Shown: positions 8,778-19,369 of the stretch, piece by piece
Numbering within the stretch: position 1 is the first letter of the stretch
Layout: every line of letters starts with the position of its first letter
Assembly (NCBI GenBank): GCA_964527425.1
Contig: CAZGOA010000002.1
Span: forward strand, 73,346-137,345
Length of the DNA: 64,000 nt
Source: an uncultured Gammaproteobacteria bacterium
GTDB taxonomy: Bacteria > Patescibacteriota > Microgenomatia > UBA10105 > UBA927
Reading direction: 5' to 3'
Made by a program: the position numbers and the translations under genes
Notes under the pieces: generated by a model
The model's database searches: none
The model's input: only the letters and a program-made list of their open reading frames with translations
Told to the model about the DNA's origin: nothing

Positions 8778-10592
8778 ATGGATATTAGAAATATTGCTAT
8801 TATTGCACACGTTGACCACGGTAAAACAACACTGGTTGATGGTATGTTAAAACAAACACATACGTTCCGTGATAATCAAGCTGAAATGCAACAAACAACA
8901 ATTCTCGATCGAAATGATCTAGAACGAGAAAAAGGTATTACTATTTTAGCTAAAAATACCGCTGTTACGTATAACAACGTTAAGATTAACATTATTGACA
9001 CTCCAGGTCACGCGGATTTTTCTGGTGAAGTTGAACGGGTGATAAATATGGCTGATGGCGCTCTTTTGATTGTTGATGCTGCAGAAGGACCACTTCCACA
9101 AACACAGTTTGTATTAGAGCAAGCTCTTAAAAATCATTTAAAACTTATTGTTGTAATAAATAAAATTGATAGAAAAGATGCAAGACCAAGTGATGTATTA
9201 CATGAGGTAGAGGAACTATTCCTACGTTTAGCAAGCCACGACGACCATCTTCATTTTCCTGTTCTTTATGCAATAGGAAGAGAAGCAAAAGCCTGGAATT
9301 CACTCCCACATAATCCAGATGAATCAGCAGATCTCTCTCCTATTTTTGAAACAATTCTCACTCATATACCAGCTCCTCAAGGAGATAGGGAAAAACCGTT
9401 TAAAATGCTTATATCTACTTTAGACTTTGATCCTTATAAAGGAACGTATGCAATCGGAAAAGTCACTCAAGGAACGATAAAACCGAATCAAACAATTGTA
9501 AAAGTCCTAGAACAAGAAGTCCTAGGCACATTTAAAGTACAAGAGGTATATACAAGTATTGGACTCGAACGAGCACCAGTAAATGAAGGAGTAACCGGTG
9601 ATATTATTGCCTTAACCGGATTAGGAGATATCAACATAGGTCAAACTATCACAGATCCTTCAGACCCTGTTGGTTTTCCAGCAATCAAACTACAAGAACC
9701 TACTCTTAAAGTATTAATAGCTCCCAACACATCACCCTTTGCCGGAAGAGAGGGTAAGTATCATACAGAACGACAAATAGAAGACAGGCTAAAAAAAGAA
9801 CAGAAAACAAATATCGGACTTAGAATTGAAAAATATTCAGAAGGAGCAGGATTTTTAGTCTCAGGTAGAGGCGAACTTCATCTTGCAGTTCTCATAGAAA
9901 CACTTAGACGGGAAGGTTTTGAAATGCAGGTGGGTAAACCAGAGGTTATTCTTCATGAAGTTGCAGGAGAAACACACGAACCGTATGAAGAATTAACAAT
10001 AGATATAGATTCAACCTATGTCGGTATTATTACCGAAGAATTAGGAAAACGGAGAGCAGAATTGTTAGATACTCACACGAACGAACAACAAATGGCCCGT
10101 ATGCTGTATAAAATATCAAGTCGTAACTTACTTGGTTTTAGAAGTGACATATTAACAAAAACTCGTGGAACAGGAATTTTTGCTACTCGCTTTATAGGAT
10201 ATTTTCCTCTTTCTACACATATCCCAAAAATACGAAACGGTGTACTTATATCTTTTGAAACTGGTAAAGCAACAACCTACTCACTTCAAACAGTTCATGA
10301 GAGAGGAACCGCTTTTATAGGACCAGGAACCCCTGTTTATGAGGGCATGATTATTGGACTCAATGCAAGACAAGAAGATATTGAAATTAATGTCACCAGA
10401 GCAAAAAAATTAACGAATAACCGTTCTGCAGGAGAAGATACTATTATGCTAGCCCCTCCTACTACACTAAGTTTAGAACAATGCCTTGATTTTATAGAAG
10501 AAGATGAATTATTAGAAGTAACACCAGAAAATTTAAGACTACGCAAAAAATACTTAACAAAAGTAGACAGAACAAGAGCGAGCAGAAACTAA
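8778..10592 (+). CDS. typA: Translational GTPase TypA/BipA
   Basis: The N-terminus is IRNIAIIAHVDHGKTTLVD, with DTPGHADF and NKID G-motifs and a 604 aa length typical of BipA. Confidence 0.9.
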   Translation: MDIRNIAIIAHVDHGKTTLVDGMLKQTHTFRDNQAEMQQTTILDRNDLEREKGITILAKNTAVTYNNVKINIIDTPGHADFSGEVERVINMADGALLIVDAAEGPLPQTQFVLEQALKNHLKLIVVINKIDRKDARPSDVLHEVEELFLRLASHDDHLHFPVLYAIGREAKAWNSLPHNPDESADLSPIFETILTHIPAPQGDREKPFKMLISTLDFDPYKGTYAIGKVTQGTIKPNQTIVKVLEQEVLGTFKVQEVYTSIGLERAPVNEGVTGDIIALTGLGDINIGQTITDPSDPVGFPAIKLQEPTLKVLIAPNTSPFAGREGKYHTERQIEDRLKKEQKTNIGLRIEKYSEGAGFLVSGRGELHLAVLIETLRREGFEMQVGKPEVILHEVAGETHEPYEELTIDIDSTYVGIITEELGKRRAELLDTHTNEQQMARMLYKISSRNLLGFRSDILTKTRGTGIFATRFIGYFPLSTHIPKIRNGVLISFETGKATTYSLQTVHERGTAFIGPGTPVYEGMIIGLNARQEDIEINVTRAKKLTNNRSAGEDTIMLAPPTTLSLEQCLDFIEEDELLEVTPENLRLRKKYLTKVDRTRASRN

Positions 10593-10602
10593 ATCACTTC
10601 TT

Positions 10603-10621
10603 ATTGCAAATTACTTGCATT
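10603..10621 (+). promoter_or_regulatory. Candidate Zur/Fur operator palindrome (ATTGCAA-ATTAC-TTGCATT) overlapping a putative -35 (TTGCAT) of the zur-zip operon
   Basis: A 7-5-7 inverted repeat lies about 30 nt upstream of the Fur-family gene start. TTGCAT-N17-TAAAAT promoter-like spacing follows. Confidence 0.3.
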
Positions 10622-10650
10622 AATACTCTGTACTGTATAAAATCTTTTTT

Positions 10651-11043
10651 ATGGTATCTCGCAATACAAAAATTAAAGTGCTTGTAAACGATCTCTTTCA
10701 AAATTCTCAGACGCCTTTAACACTACGCGAAGCATTTTTACAAGTAAAAAAGCAGTATCCAACTGTTGCCTATTCAACTGTATTTCGCATAGTAAAAGAC
10801 CTTTCTCATGCAAAAAAATTAATCCAGATTGATTGGAAAGAAAGAGGCAGTAGATATGAGTGGGCGCAAAGATCACATCATCACCATCTTGTTTGCAATA
10901 CTTGTCACACGGTAGCAGATGTTAATGATGAAGAGTTACAATTAAATCTAGGTAACATTTCTAAAAAAACAGGTTTTGATATACAAGATCATTCCGTTGA
11001 ATTATTTGGAGTATGTAACAACTGTCAATATAAACACCTATGA
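10651..11043 (+). CDS. zur: Fur-family metalloregulator, probably Zur
   Basis: 130 aa with an HHHH…C…C and CxxC metal-site pattern (HHHLVCNTCH…CNNCQ). Its stop overlaps the start of the ZIP transporter (ATGA). Confidence 0.75.
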   Translation: MVSRNTKIKVLVNDLFQNSQTPLTLREAFLQVKKQYPTVAYSTVFRIVKDLSHAKKLIQIDWKERGSRYEWAQRSHHHHLVCNTCHTVADVNDEELQLNLGNISKKTGFDIQDHSVELFGVCNNCQYKHL

Positions 11044-11795
11044 GTACTCTTCTACTATACAGCTTAATAAGTGGTTTTTTTTCACTTATAGGAGGTTTTT
11101 TAGTTCTTATAAATACCAAACTGTCAAAAAAAATCATGACACCCCTGATAGCTTTTGGAGCTGGAGCGTTTTTAGCTGCTTCTTTTTTAGATATGCTACC
11201 TGAGGCAATCGAACAAGTTGAAGAAGCTCATCCTATATTTTACTCACTTCTTATCGGATTTATTGCATTTTTTATTCTTGAACGAATTCTGATGATTATT
11301 AATAAACATGCTGAGCATACGCATCATCATTCAGATCATACAGAATCATTACCTTGGTTAATTATTGTTGGTGATAGCTTACATAATTTTTTAGATGGCA
11401 TTGTTATAGCTATAGCCTACGTTGCCAATCCCGTACTCGGACTCCCAACTGCACTAGCCATAGCGGCACACGAAATTCCTCAAGAAATTGGTGATTTCTC
11501 AATCCTTCTTAGTCTTAAATGGAACAAAATAAAAATAATTTTGGTAAATATTATGCAATCTTTACTTACTATTCCCGGTGTAATAGTTGGATATTATATG
11601 AGTCAGGCAATTGAACAATACATTCCCTATTTATTAGCATTCACAGCAGGAATTTTTATTTATATTGCAGCATCCAATATTATTCCAGAACTCCATCACA
11701 GAGCAGGACATAAACAAATCCTTAGTGTTGTTATACCTCTTATATTAAGTATCATTTTTATTGCACAACTTACCACACTTGCCCACGGTCATTAA
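11040..11795 (+). CDS. zupT: ZIP-family zinc transporter (ZupT-like)
   Basis: Polytopic membrane protein with the ZIP signature HEIPQEIGDF and a His-rich loop (HAEHTHHHSDH). It is translationally coupled to zur. Confidence 0.75.
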   Translation: MSTLLLYSLISGFFSLIGGFLVLINTKLSKKIMTPLIAFGAGAFLAASFLDMLPEAIEQVEEAHPIFYSLLIGFIAFFILERILMIINKHAEHTHHHSDHTESLPWLIIVGDSLHNFLDGIVIAIAYVANPVLGLPTALAIAAHEIPQEIGDFSILLSLKWNKIKIILVNIMQSLLTIPGVIVGYYMSQAIEQYIPYLLAFTAGIFIYIAASNIIPELHHRAGHKQILSVVIPLILSIIFIAQLTTLAHGH

Positions 11796-11798
11796 ATT

Positions 11799-12656
11799 TC
11801 AACATAATTTCTGGAATATTTCTTCCATATGAGTACTTAAAATAAAATGCCCTTCATTTTGATATAGAGTTAATTTACTCCCCTTAATTTGTGAAGCATA
11901 ATACTTACCCATAGCAAGAGGAACATTTTTATCTTCTTCACCATAAAATAAAAGTACTTTAGAAGGAATATCTTTTACACTAAACCCCCAATCACTTGTA
12001 TATAATTTCAAATCATGTTTAACTCCTTGGTATCCATTCTGAAAAGCCTCCTGAAAATTTCTTGTGATAGATTGTCTCACTCTTAAATCAGAAAGCAATT
12101 GTTTATCTCTTTTTGCACCAAATAGAAATCTATGTAAACCTAATTGTGGACTGTACTTAGCGTATGCGAAATGTATCAATACTGACACTGTTCTAAACAT
12201 TGGAAATTTTGCGTAATTTGCCCAACCCAGCTTTGAGAATAAAGGCATGCCATCTAATAATCCTGGAATGTACGTGGGAGCAAGACCCGCTACTATGCCT
12301 ACCTTAGTCAGCCTTTTAGGAATTTTATATCCACATACAGCCGCGTAAGGTCCTCCACCAGAAATTCCCAGAATTGCGAAAGTATCTATACTAAGTTTAT
12401 CTGCCAGTTCTGCTACATCAGTAGGCCAATCAAGAAGCGTTCTCGCTTTCTGAAAATCAGACAATCCAAAACCAGGTCTATCAAGAGAAATAACTCTTAT
12501 ATGAAGTTCTTTAGCAATTTCATCAGTTATTCGTGCTTGTAAACGCGAAGATGGCCAACCATGAAAAAACATCAATGGTCTTCCTTGAGGATCTCCATAC
12601 TCTGCATATCCTAGCTTTCTTCCGTCTTTCAAAATGAGTATATATTCTTCATTCAT
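11799..12656 (-). CDS. Alpha/beta-hydrolase fold protein
   Basis: Nucleophile elbow GISGGG and an HGWPSS oxyanion-region motif; 285 aa. Confidence 0.6.
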   Translation of the reverse strand: MNEEYILILKDGRKLGYAEYGDPQGRPLMFFHGWPSSRLQARITDEIAKELHIRVISLDRPGFGLSDFQKARTLLDWPTDVAELADKLSIDTFAILGISGGGPYAAVCGYKIPKRLTKVGIVAGLAPTYIPGLLDGMPLFSKLGWANYAKFPMFRTVSVLIHFAYAKYSPQLGLHRFLFGAKRDKQLLSDLRVRQSITRNFQEAFQNGYQGVKHDLKLYTSDWGFSVKDIPSKVLLFYGEEDKNVPLAMGKYYASQIKGSKLTLYQNEGHFILSTHMEEIFQKLC

Positions 12657-12736
12657 AGATTGATATATGTTATGAACGACATTTAATCATTGGACACTTT
12701 AGAAACCTAGTAGTACATAGTTTGATGATATTTATA

Positions 12737-12994
12737 TTAATTCCTCTTTTTTCCAGTTTGAGAAGAACCTTCAGTAAGAGCTAATAATTTACTCAGTTTT
12801 TCTGCAAATTTTTTTGCCTGCTGTCTGCTCATACCTATTCTGGTAATAATGTGTAACTTGTTAGTGCTTCCTACTCTCTGACCAACATTAATGATTAAGC
12901 CATCTTCATTCGTAGTTACAATCATATTATCCGTATAAAAAATAGGTGTTTTTACAGGATCCAGATCAACTGTTATATCTTTCTTTTCATCCAT
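12737..12994 (-). CDS. Hypothetical small protein
   Basis: 85 aa ORF in an otherwise empty gap. No recognisable motif. Confidence 0.3.
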   Translation of the reverse strand: MDEKKDITVDLDPVKTPIFYTDNMIVTTNEDGLIINVGQRVGSTNKLHIITRIGMSRQQAKKFAEKLSKLLALTEGSSQTGKKRN

Positions 12995-13015
12995 AGAGCC
13001 TTCTTTCAGGAAGAA

Positions 13016-14188
13016 TTATAACTTAAAAGTCTTTAAAGAAGAAATTATCTGCTGGACTTCAGAATTATATGTGTCACTTTGCAAAGGAAATGAGATAAAC
13101 AGAATATAGTTTCCATCCGTATAGGTATATGTTTCAGCCATTGGTCCATAAGATGTTTGGTACGTCGTTTTTACAGCACTTCTGCCATTAAACGTAGCAT
13201 TTATAGACGACTTATTATCAGTATTAATTTCATCTTCAGATTTCCCTCCCATATCATTCAATACAATAACCAAACTGGGTGCAAAATCGTGTTCATGTTG
13301 CAAATCCACTCCACTAATTTCTGTTTGAACAGGAGTTGTTTTTGCAACTGAAGGGCCAAACGTTTTTCTTACTTTCCATGTTGTTGGATATGTAAATGTA
13401 AAAAATCCATCTGGATCTATATACGTTTGTTTTGGAATGGACGTTGGGATTGGAGTATTACTAGGATTTTGTGTAGGTGTGGGTATGTAATTGGTATAAG
13501 AAAGTGATTGTAACAAAGCATCAAACACATCTTTTTTGCTGATATCAGAAAGTATTATCACATCAGAGCCTTCTCCATAGGGAATATACGCTTTCCAGTA
13601 TGTACCTTTTCCTTGTCCTATACCTCCGATATTTTCAAACTGAACTGTAGCTTGTTTACCTCCAATCTGTAGTGTATGTACTTGAGAAACAGTAATTTCA
13701 GATGGGTTTTCCGGGCTAGCTACAGAAGTTCTATTAGGACTCATTAACCCAACAATTCTATTAATATAAATTTCTGAAATATTTCCATCAAAACCACAAT
13801 CAAGTTCTTTCTCTAAAGGTATTGGGAACCCACTGGAAAATTTATCATTGATTGACTCACCAGCAAAAATCTGATTACTTTCTTTACAACTAAAATAATC
13901 CCAATTGGTTGGTATAGAAAATTTCCAGTAATTGTAGGTAATAGTCTGCATCCCTTCTGTATTCACTGTTGTTTCATTCTCCGTATTTTCAATCATCATT
14001 TCATCTTTATGAATTCGATTTTTGCTATAAAGCACATAAAAACTAATACTTGAAAGAGCAATAAAGAAACAAATAAGAATCACAAATAAATATAATGTTT
14101 GAGGTTTATCAACTGCTTGAACTTGCTTTGATGACGGATCAATCTGTTCAGGTTGCTGAGGAAATACGGGTTTTAAAGGTTCATCCAT
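13016..14188 (-). CDS. Hypothetical membrane-anchored extracytoplasmic protein
   Basis: 390 aa with a single N-terminal TM (LYLFVILICFFIALSSISFYVLY) and a Pro/Thr-rich segment. No catalytic motif. Confidence 0.45.
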   Translation of the reverse strand: MDEPLKPVFPQQPEQIDPSSKQVQAVDKPQTLYLFVILICFFIALSSISFYVLYSKNRIHKDEMMIENTENETTVNTEGMQTITYNYWKFSIPTNWDYFSCKESNQIFAGESINDKFSSGFPIPLEKELDCGFDGNISEIYINRIVGLMSPNRTSVASPENPSEITVSQVHTLQIGGKQATVQFENIGGIGQGKGTYWKAYIPYGEGSDVIILSDISKKDVFDALLQSLSYTNYIPTPTQNPSNTPIPTSIPKQTYIDPDGFFTFTYPTTWKVRKTFGPSVAKTTPVQTEISGVDLQHEHDFAPSLVIVLNDMGGKSEDEINTDNKSSINATFNGRSAVKTTYQTSYGPMAETYTYTDGNYILFISFPLQSDTYNSEVQQIISSLKTFKL

Positions 14189-14197
14189 AGATCCAGT

Positions 14198-15955
14198 CTA
14201 GACCTCTACAATCACAGGAACAATGAGTGGGTATCTACCAGTTTCTTTTTCCATCATTTTTGCTAAATTCTCACTGACTACTTTACGTACATATTGCCAG
14301 TCCAAAATACGTCCTTTTTTCAACTTTAATGACTGCATTGTTACCTGTTTAATTTTTTGCATAAGTTCGCCTGATTCCTTCGCATACACAAATCCACGAG
14401 TAATAATATCTGGTTCTGCCGTTACCCTTCCTGTGGCCTCCTCAACAGGAACTACTACTACCACAATTCCCTCTGTTGCAATTTGCTTTCTGTCTCGCAA
14501 CACAACAGTCCCTACATCTCCAATACCTAATCCATCAATCATCACATTCTCAAGACTTACTGAAGAAATAACTTTGGGTCTTTCTCCCTCTTTAAATTCT
14601 ATAATCTGACCTTCTTCAGGAATCAATACATCCTTTTTCCGGTACCCTAAGTCCTCAGCAAGTCGTCTATACTGCATCATATGCTTGTAATTCCCACCTA
14701 TTGGCCATATATATTTGGGTCCAATCGTAGATAATAAAAGCATCAAATCTCCCTGACTCCCATGTCCTGAGACATGCAAATCTTCCATAATATCTGAATA
14801 TGCAACTCGAGCACCTTTTCTATAAATTTGTTCAATAAGCTGTTCAATATTATGTTCATTCCCTGGTATTGGATCAGCTGAAAAAATAACAGTATCTCCA
14901 TCGATAATTTTTACATACCGATGCGCATCGTTAGCAATTCTTGATAATGCGCTATCTGGTTGTCCTTGAGCACCTGCTGCAATTAAAAACTGTTTGTTTG
15001 CAGGAAGTCGTTTTAAATCCTCAGGTCTGATCATGTATTCACGAGGAATGTTCATGTAACCAATATTCACTGCTTCTTCAGTATTCTTATCAATACTTCT
15101 CCCAAAAAGTGCTATTTGTCTACCATGTTTAACAGCAATATCAATAGCAAGTTGAACTCTAGAGAGATTACTTGATTGCGTTGTAAAGAATATTTTTCCA
15201 TGAGATTGTGATAATTCTTTTTCTAGAGTTTCACCAATTACCTGTTCTGATACTGTAAAACCTCGACGTTCACTTCCTAAGCAATCAGTAAGCATACACA
15301 ATACATTCCGTTTCCCCAGCGCTGTAATTTTATCCAGTTCAGATATTTTTCCATCTAAGGGAGTAAAATCAAATTTAAAATCACTACCGTGATACAAAAT
15401 ACCTATAGGTGTTTCAATAATAATATTTGATGTATCTGGAATAGAATGTGTCATTCGTACAAATGATAAACGAAAAGGACCTATCTCAATCTGTTCATCA
15501 AACGAAACACTCTGAACTCGCGAGGAAATTTTAGCTTCCTTTAACTTAATATTTGCTAATGCGGCAGTTAACTTAGTACCCCACATGCTTGGAGCGCCTA
15601 ATTTTTCATATAAATATGGTATTCCTCCAATATGATCATCATGACCATGAGTAAATACTAACCCTCGTATGTACTGCAATTTATCCTGCAGGTAGGTTAC
15701 ATCCGGGATAACTAAATCAACTCCAAACATTTCTGGAGTAGGAAATCCTATACCACAATCCACAATTAAAATATCTTGTAATATGCCATCAATAAGATAT
15801 TCATATACGTACATATTTTTAGTTACATTTCCAGCTCCTCCAATAGGAAAGAGTCGTACACTATCTTTTCCAATAGAACTACTTTTACCTACATGAATAG
15901 TAGATGATGGTTTGTTTACCCCCGTTGAGGCTATGTGTTTGTGAGCTTTAAACAT
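14198..15955 (-). CDS. rnj: Ribonuclease J (metallo-beta-lactamase / beta-CASP RNase)
   Basis: HxHxDH motif (THGHDDHIGG), a beta-CASP region and an RNase J-like length of 585 aa. There is a ~30 aa N-terminal extension. Confidence 0.85.
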   Translation of the reverse strand: MFKAHKHIASTGVNKPSSTIHVGKSSSIGKDSVRLFPIGGAGNVTKNMYVYEYLIDGILQDILIVDCGIGFPTPEMFGVDLVIPDVTYLQDKLQYIRGLVFTHGHDDHIGGIPYLYEKLGAPSMWGTKLTAALANIKLKEAKISSRVQSVSFDEQIEIGPFRLSFVRMTHSIPDTSNIIIETPIGILYHGSDFKFDFTPLDGKISELDKITALGKRNVLCMLTDCLGSERRGFTVSEQVIGETLEKELSQSHGKIFFTTQSSNLSRVQLAIDIAVKHGRQIALFGRSIDKNTEEAVNIGYMNIPREYMIRPEDLKRLPANKQFLIAAGAQGQPDSALSRIANDAHRYVKIIDGDTVIFSADPIPGNEHNIEQLIEQIYRKGARVAYSDIMEDLHVSGHGSQGDLMLLLSTIGPKYIWPIGGNYKHMMQYRRLAEDLGYRKKDVLIPEEGQIIEFKEGERPKVISSVSLENVMIDGLGIGDVGTVVLRDRKQIATEGIVVVVVPVEEATGRVTAEPDIITRGFVYAKESGELMQKIKQVTMQSLKLKKGRILDWQYVRKVVSENLAKMMEKETGRYPLIVPVIVEV

Positions 15956-15957
15956 AC

Positions 15958-17061
15958 TTAATACACTTCGATAAAATCCTTAATATTTTCATTCGTAATG
16001 TGAAACGTGTTTCCTTTTCCTTCGACAATCAACCGAGCCACTTTTCTGCATAAACTATTCATGGTCCGCTCTAAACTACGAATTCCTGCGTCATACCCTA
16101 AAGGACGAACAAGTTTAGGCCAGATAGATTCATCAATTGTTAAATTTTCCTGACTTAGTCCCGATTCCTTCATCAAATTAGGTAAAACATATTGCTTAGC
16201 AATTGTGATTTTTTCCTCGTCAGTATATGAAGGCATTTGTATCGGTTCAAGTCTATCTAAGACTGCTGTTGCTATATGAGTTGTATTGTTTGCAGTTGCA
16301 ATAAATAATACTTCAGACAAATCAAATGGAAAATCTACATAATGATCTCTAAAAGCAGCATTTTGTTCTGGATCTAATAACTCTACTAATACACCCATAA
16401 TGTCTGCTCTTGTCTGTTCGGCTACTCTATCAATTTCATCAAGCAGTATTACTGGATTTTTTGTGCCTGCAAATCGTAACCCTTTCATGATGAGTCCCAT
16501 TTCTGCATCAGGAGTTACACGCGCTTGCCCCCGCAAATCCAATGCATCACTCAATCCTCCAAAAGGTATGCGAACAAATCGCCTTCCCATTGCTTCTGCA
16601 ATAGATTTAGCCAATGTTGTTTTTCCAGTACCAACTAACCCTACTAAACACAAAATAGGAGCTCGTCTGGCTAACATCGCATGACTTAATTTTGTATCAT
16701 CAACCACAGCCCCACCCTGTATTTCAGAATTACTTTTCCAACGGTCCAGATTTAATTTTAAAACAGAAAGATATTCTAAAATTCTATCTTTTACAGACTG
16801 GAGTCCATAATGATGCTTTTCAAAAATTTCTTTTGCGTGAGCTAAATCAAGTTGATCAGTTGTACGAATATTCCAGGGAAGATTAACAACTGAATCGATA
16901 TAGCGCAAAATCATCTCAATATGAACACGTGCAGTAATATCATGTTCAAGTCTCTCAATCTCTTCAATCTGACTTAATACTCTTCCCTCCATTTCTTGAG
17001 GAAGCTGAACTTTGGAAATTTGTTGTTTAAGACCTGCTAACTGATCGGTTAAATGAGACAT
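15958..17061 (-). CDS. Lon-family AAA+ ATPase module without a protease domain
   Basis: The pre-AAA Lon helical segment is present (LPWNIRTTDQLDLAHAKEIFEKHHYGLQSVKDRILEYLSV). Walker A is GLVGTGKTT and Walker B is ILLDEIDR. The ORF stops where the Lon protease domain would begin, and RNase J follows immediately. Confidence 0.65.
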   Translation of the reverse strand: MSHLTDQLAGLKQQISKVQLPQEMEGRVLSQIEEIERLEHDITARVHIEMILRYIDSVVNLPWNIRTTDQLDLAHAKEIFEKHHYGLQSVKDRILEYLSVLKLNLDRWKSNSEIQGGAVVDDTKLSHAMLARRAPILCLVGLVGTGKTTLAKSIAEAMGRRFVRIPFGGLSDALDLRGQARVTPDAEMGLIMKGLRFAGTKNPVILLDEIDRVAEQTRADIMGVLVELLDPEQNAAFRDHYVDFPFDLSEVLFIATANNTTHIATAVLDRLEPIQMPSYTDEEKITIAKQYVLPNLMKESGLSQENLTIDESIWPKLVRPLGYDAGIRSLERTMNSLCRKVARLIVEGKGNTFHITNENIKDFIEVY

Positions 17062-17179
17062 ACAAATCTGTAAGAACTATACGTTGATATATAATAAGTA
17101 TACCTCCTTACAGAAGAACAAAAAACTATACTTCTTTCTTACATTGAGTAGTTTATAATATTCAGGTTTCAGAAATAAT

Positions 17180-19369
17180 TTAAAACCTTTTTCTACCGCC
17201 ACCAAATCCACCTCGACGTGGTCTACGATCTCCACCTCCCATGTTCATCCTCTCTCGAGGTTCACGAGGTTTATTCGCATCTTCGCCAAAAAGCATAGAG
17301 AGATTAATACGTTTTTGGTCATCGATTTCTGCTACTCTGACTTTTACTTTTTGTCCTAGTTTTACAACTTCTTCAGGATTATTTACGTATTCAGTCGACA
17401 TTTGTGATACATGAACCATTCCTTCTTTACCAGGTAAAATTTCCACAAAAGCTCCAAAATTCATAATACGCTTTACTTCACCTTCAAATTCTTCTCCAAC
17501 TTTCACTTCACGTGTTAATCCTGTTACCCAATCGACTGCTTTTTGAACAGATTCTTCATCAGTTCCTGCAATGGTGACTGATCCGTCATCTTCAACATCT
17601 ACACTTGCTCCAGTTGAGGCAATAATGTTTCGAATCATACGTCCACCAGGACCAATAACTTCTCCAATTTTTTCAGTTGGGACTTTAACCACAACTACTT
17701 TGGGAGCGTATTGAGAAAGTTTAGTTCTTGATGCTGGAATTGCTGCCAACATAACCTCCAAAATTTTCATCTTGGCTTCTTTTGCTCGCTTAAGGGTATT
17801 TTCAACTATCTCATCACTTAATCCATCAATCTTTATATCAAGTTGGATAGCAGTAATACCATTTTTTGTTCCTGCAACTTTAAAATCCATATCTCCGGCA
17901 AAATCTTCAATTCCCATGATATCTGTTAATAATTCATATTTATCACCATCAGTCATAAGACCAATAGAAATTCCGGCAACAGGTTCTTTAATTGGAACAC
18001 CTGCGTCCATAAGTGCCAAAGTAGATCCACAGGTAGATGCCATCGATGTTGATCCATTACTAGACATGATTTCAGATACCAATCTCATGGTGTACGGAAA
18101 TTCTTCTAGTGATGGAATAACAGCCAGTAACGCTCGCTCTGCTAATGCCCCATGACCAATTTCCCGACGAGAAGATGTGCCTATTCTTCCGGTTTCTCCA
18201 ACAGAATAAGGAGGCATATTATAGTGATGAATATATCGTTTTGATTCTTCACCAGCCGGTCCTTCTATTAATTGTTCCAGAGCAGGTGTGCCAAGTGTTG
18301 CAACTGTAAGTGCTTGGGTTTGACCACGTTGAAATATTGCACTTCCATGAGTTCTGGGTAAAATACCAACTTCTGCATGGAGCGAACGGATTTCATTCAA
18401 ACCTCGTCCATCCACACGTTTTTTGTGTTCAATAATATCTTTACGTACTTTCTTTTTAAACAGTTTATCAAGGGTTGCTTCAATATCTTTGACACTATAT
18501 TCATTTGCATAAGCCTCAGCTATCGTTTTCGCCAATACTGTAACATCATCTCCTGCACTTTCTTTTTGTACATTCTTCATAAATACTGCTTCCATATCTT
18601 TATAATAATCAGCAGTAATCTTCGTTTTTAATTCTTCTAAAGCATGTTCATCAGGTACAGGAAGTTTTGTTTTTCCTACATCTGCTACCAACTCATTAAT
18701 AAGATCAATTATTTTTGCGTTCTCTTGTTTAGCACTTAATACAGCATTGTAAACAACATCTTCAGCTGTTTCACAAAAACCGCCTTCTAACATAACCACT
18801 TTTTCTTTATTGGAAGAAATAACAAAATCAAATTCACTGATTCCCTGTTCTGCCACAGTAGGATTTACTAAATACATATCTGGTTCATCATCTTTTCCTT
18901 GTATATACCCCATACGAACACCGCCGATTGGACCGTTCCAAGGAACTGGTGATATGGCAAGAGCGGCACTTGTTGCAACAAGTCCTAATATATCTGGATC
19001 ATTTTCACCATCCACAGATAAAACTGTAATAATTACTTGAACATCTCTTTTAAACGATTTTGGGAAGAGTGGACGAATTGATCTATCAATAACTCTTCCA
19101 GCTAAAACAGCGTCATCCGTAGGTCTACCTTCACGCTTAACCCAACGTGATCCTTTAATACGACCACCTGCATATAATCGTTCCACATATTCAACACTCA
19201 GCGGAAAATAATCCAGTGAAGATTCTTTACCGGAAACCGTAACGGTTGCTAACACCATGGTATCTCCATAACGTGCCATAACAGCAGCAGATGCTTGTTG
19301 GGCAACACGTCCAACTTCTAGGGTTAACGTTTTTCCACCAATTTCGGTGGATTTACTAACAATATTCAT
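17180..19369 (-). CDS. pnp: Polynucleotide phosphorylase
   Basis: Two RNase PH domains, then KH and S1 domains. The N-terminus MNIVSKSTEIGGKTLTLEVGRVAQQA aligns with the PNPase start. The track ORF (to 19426) is extended only by an alternative GTG start. The C-terminus has an RGG-rich tail. Confidence 0.9.
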   Translation of the reverse strand: MNIVSKSTEIGGKTLTLEVGRVAQQASAAVMARYGDTMVLATVTVSGKESSLDYFPLSVEYVERLYAGGRIKGSRWVKREGRPTDDAVLAGRVIDRSIRPLFPKSFKRDVQVIITVLSVDGENDPDILGLVATSAALAISPVPWNGPIGGVRMGYIQGKDDEPDMYLVNPTVAEQGISEFDFVISSNKEKVVMLEGGFCETAEDVVYNAVLSAKQENAKIIDLINELVADVGKTKLPVPDEHALEELKTKITADYYKDMEAVFMKNVQKESAGDDVTVLAKTIAEAYANEYSVKDIEATLDKLFKKKVRKDIIEHKKRVDGRGLNEIRSLHAEVGILPRTHGSAIFQRGQTQALTVATLGTPALEQLIEGPAGEESKRYIHHYNMPPYSVGETGRIGTSSRREIGHGALAERALLAVIPSLEEFPYTMRLVSEIMSSNGSTSMASTCGSTLALMDAGVPIKEPVAGISIGLMTDGDKYELLTDIMGIEDFAGDMDFKVAGTKNGITAIQLDIKIDGLSDEIVENTLKRAKEAKMKILEVMLAAIPASRTKLSQYAPKVVVVKVPTEKIGEVIGPGGRMIRNIIASTGASVDVEDDGSVTIAGTDEESVQKAVDWVTGLTREVKVGEEFEGEVKRIMNFGAFVEILPGKEGMVHVSQMSTEYVNNPEEVVKLGQKVKVRVAEIDDQKRINLSMLFGEDANKPREPRERMNMGGGDRRPRRGGFGGGRKRF

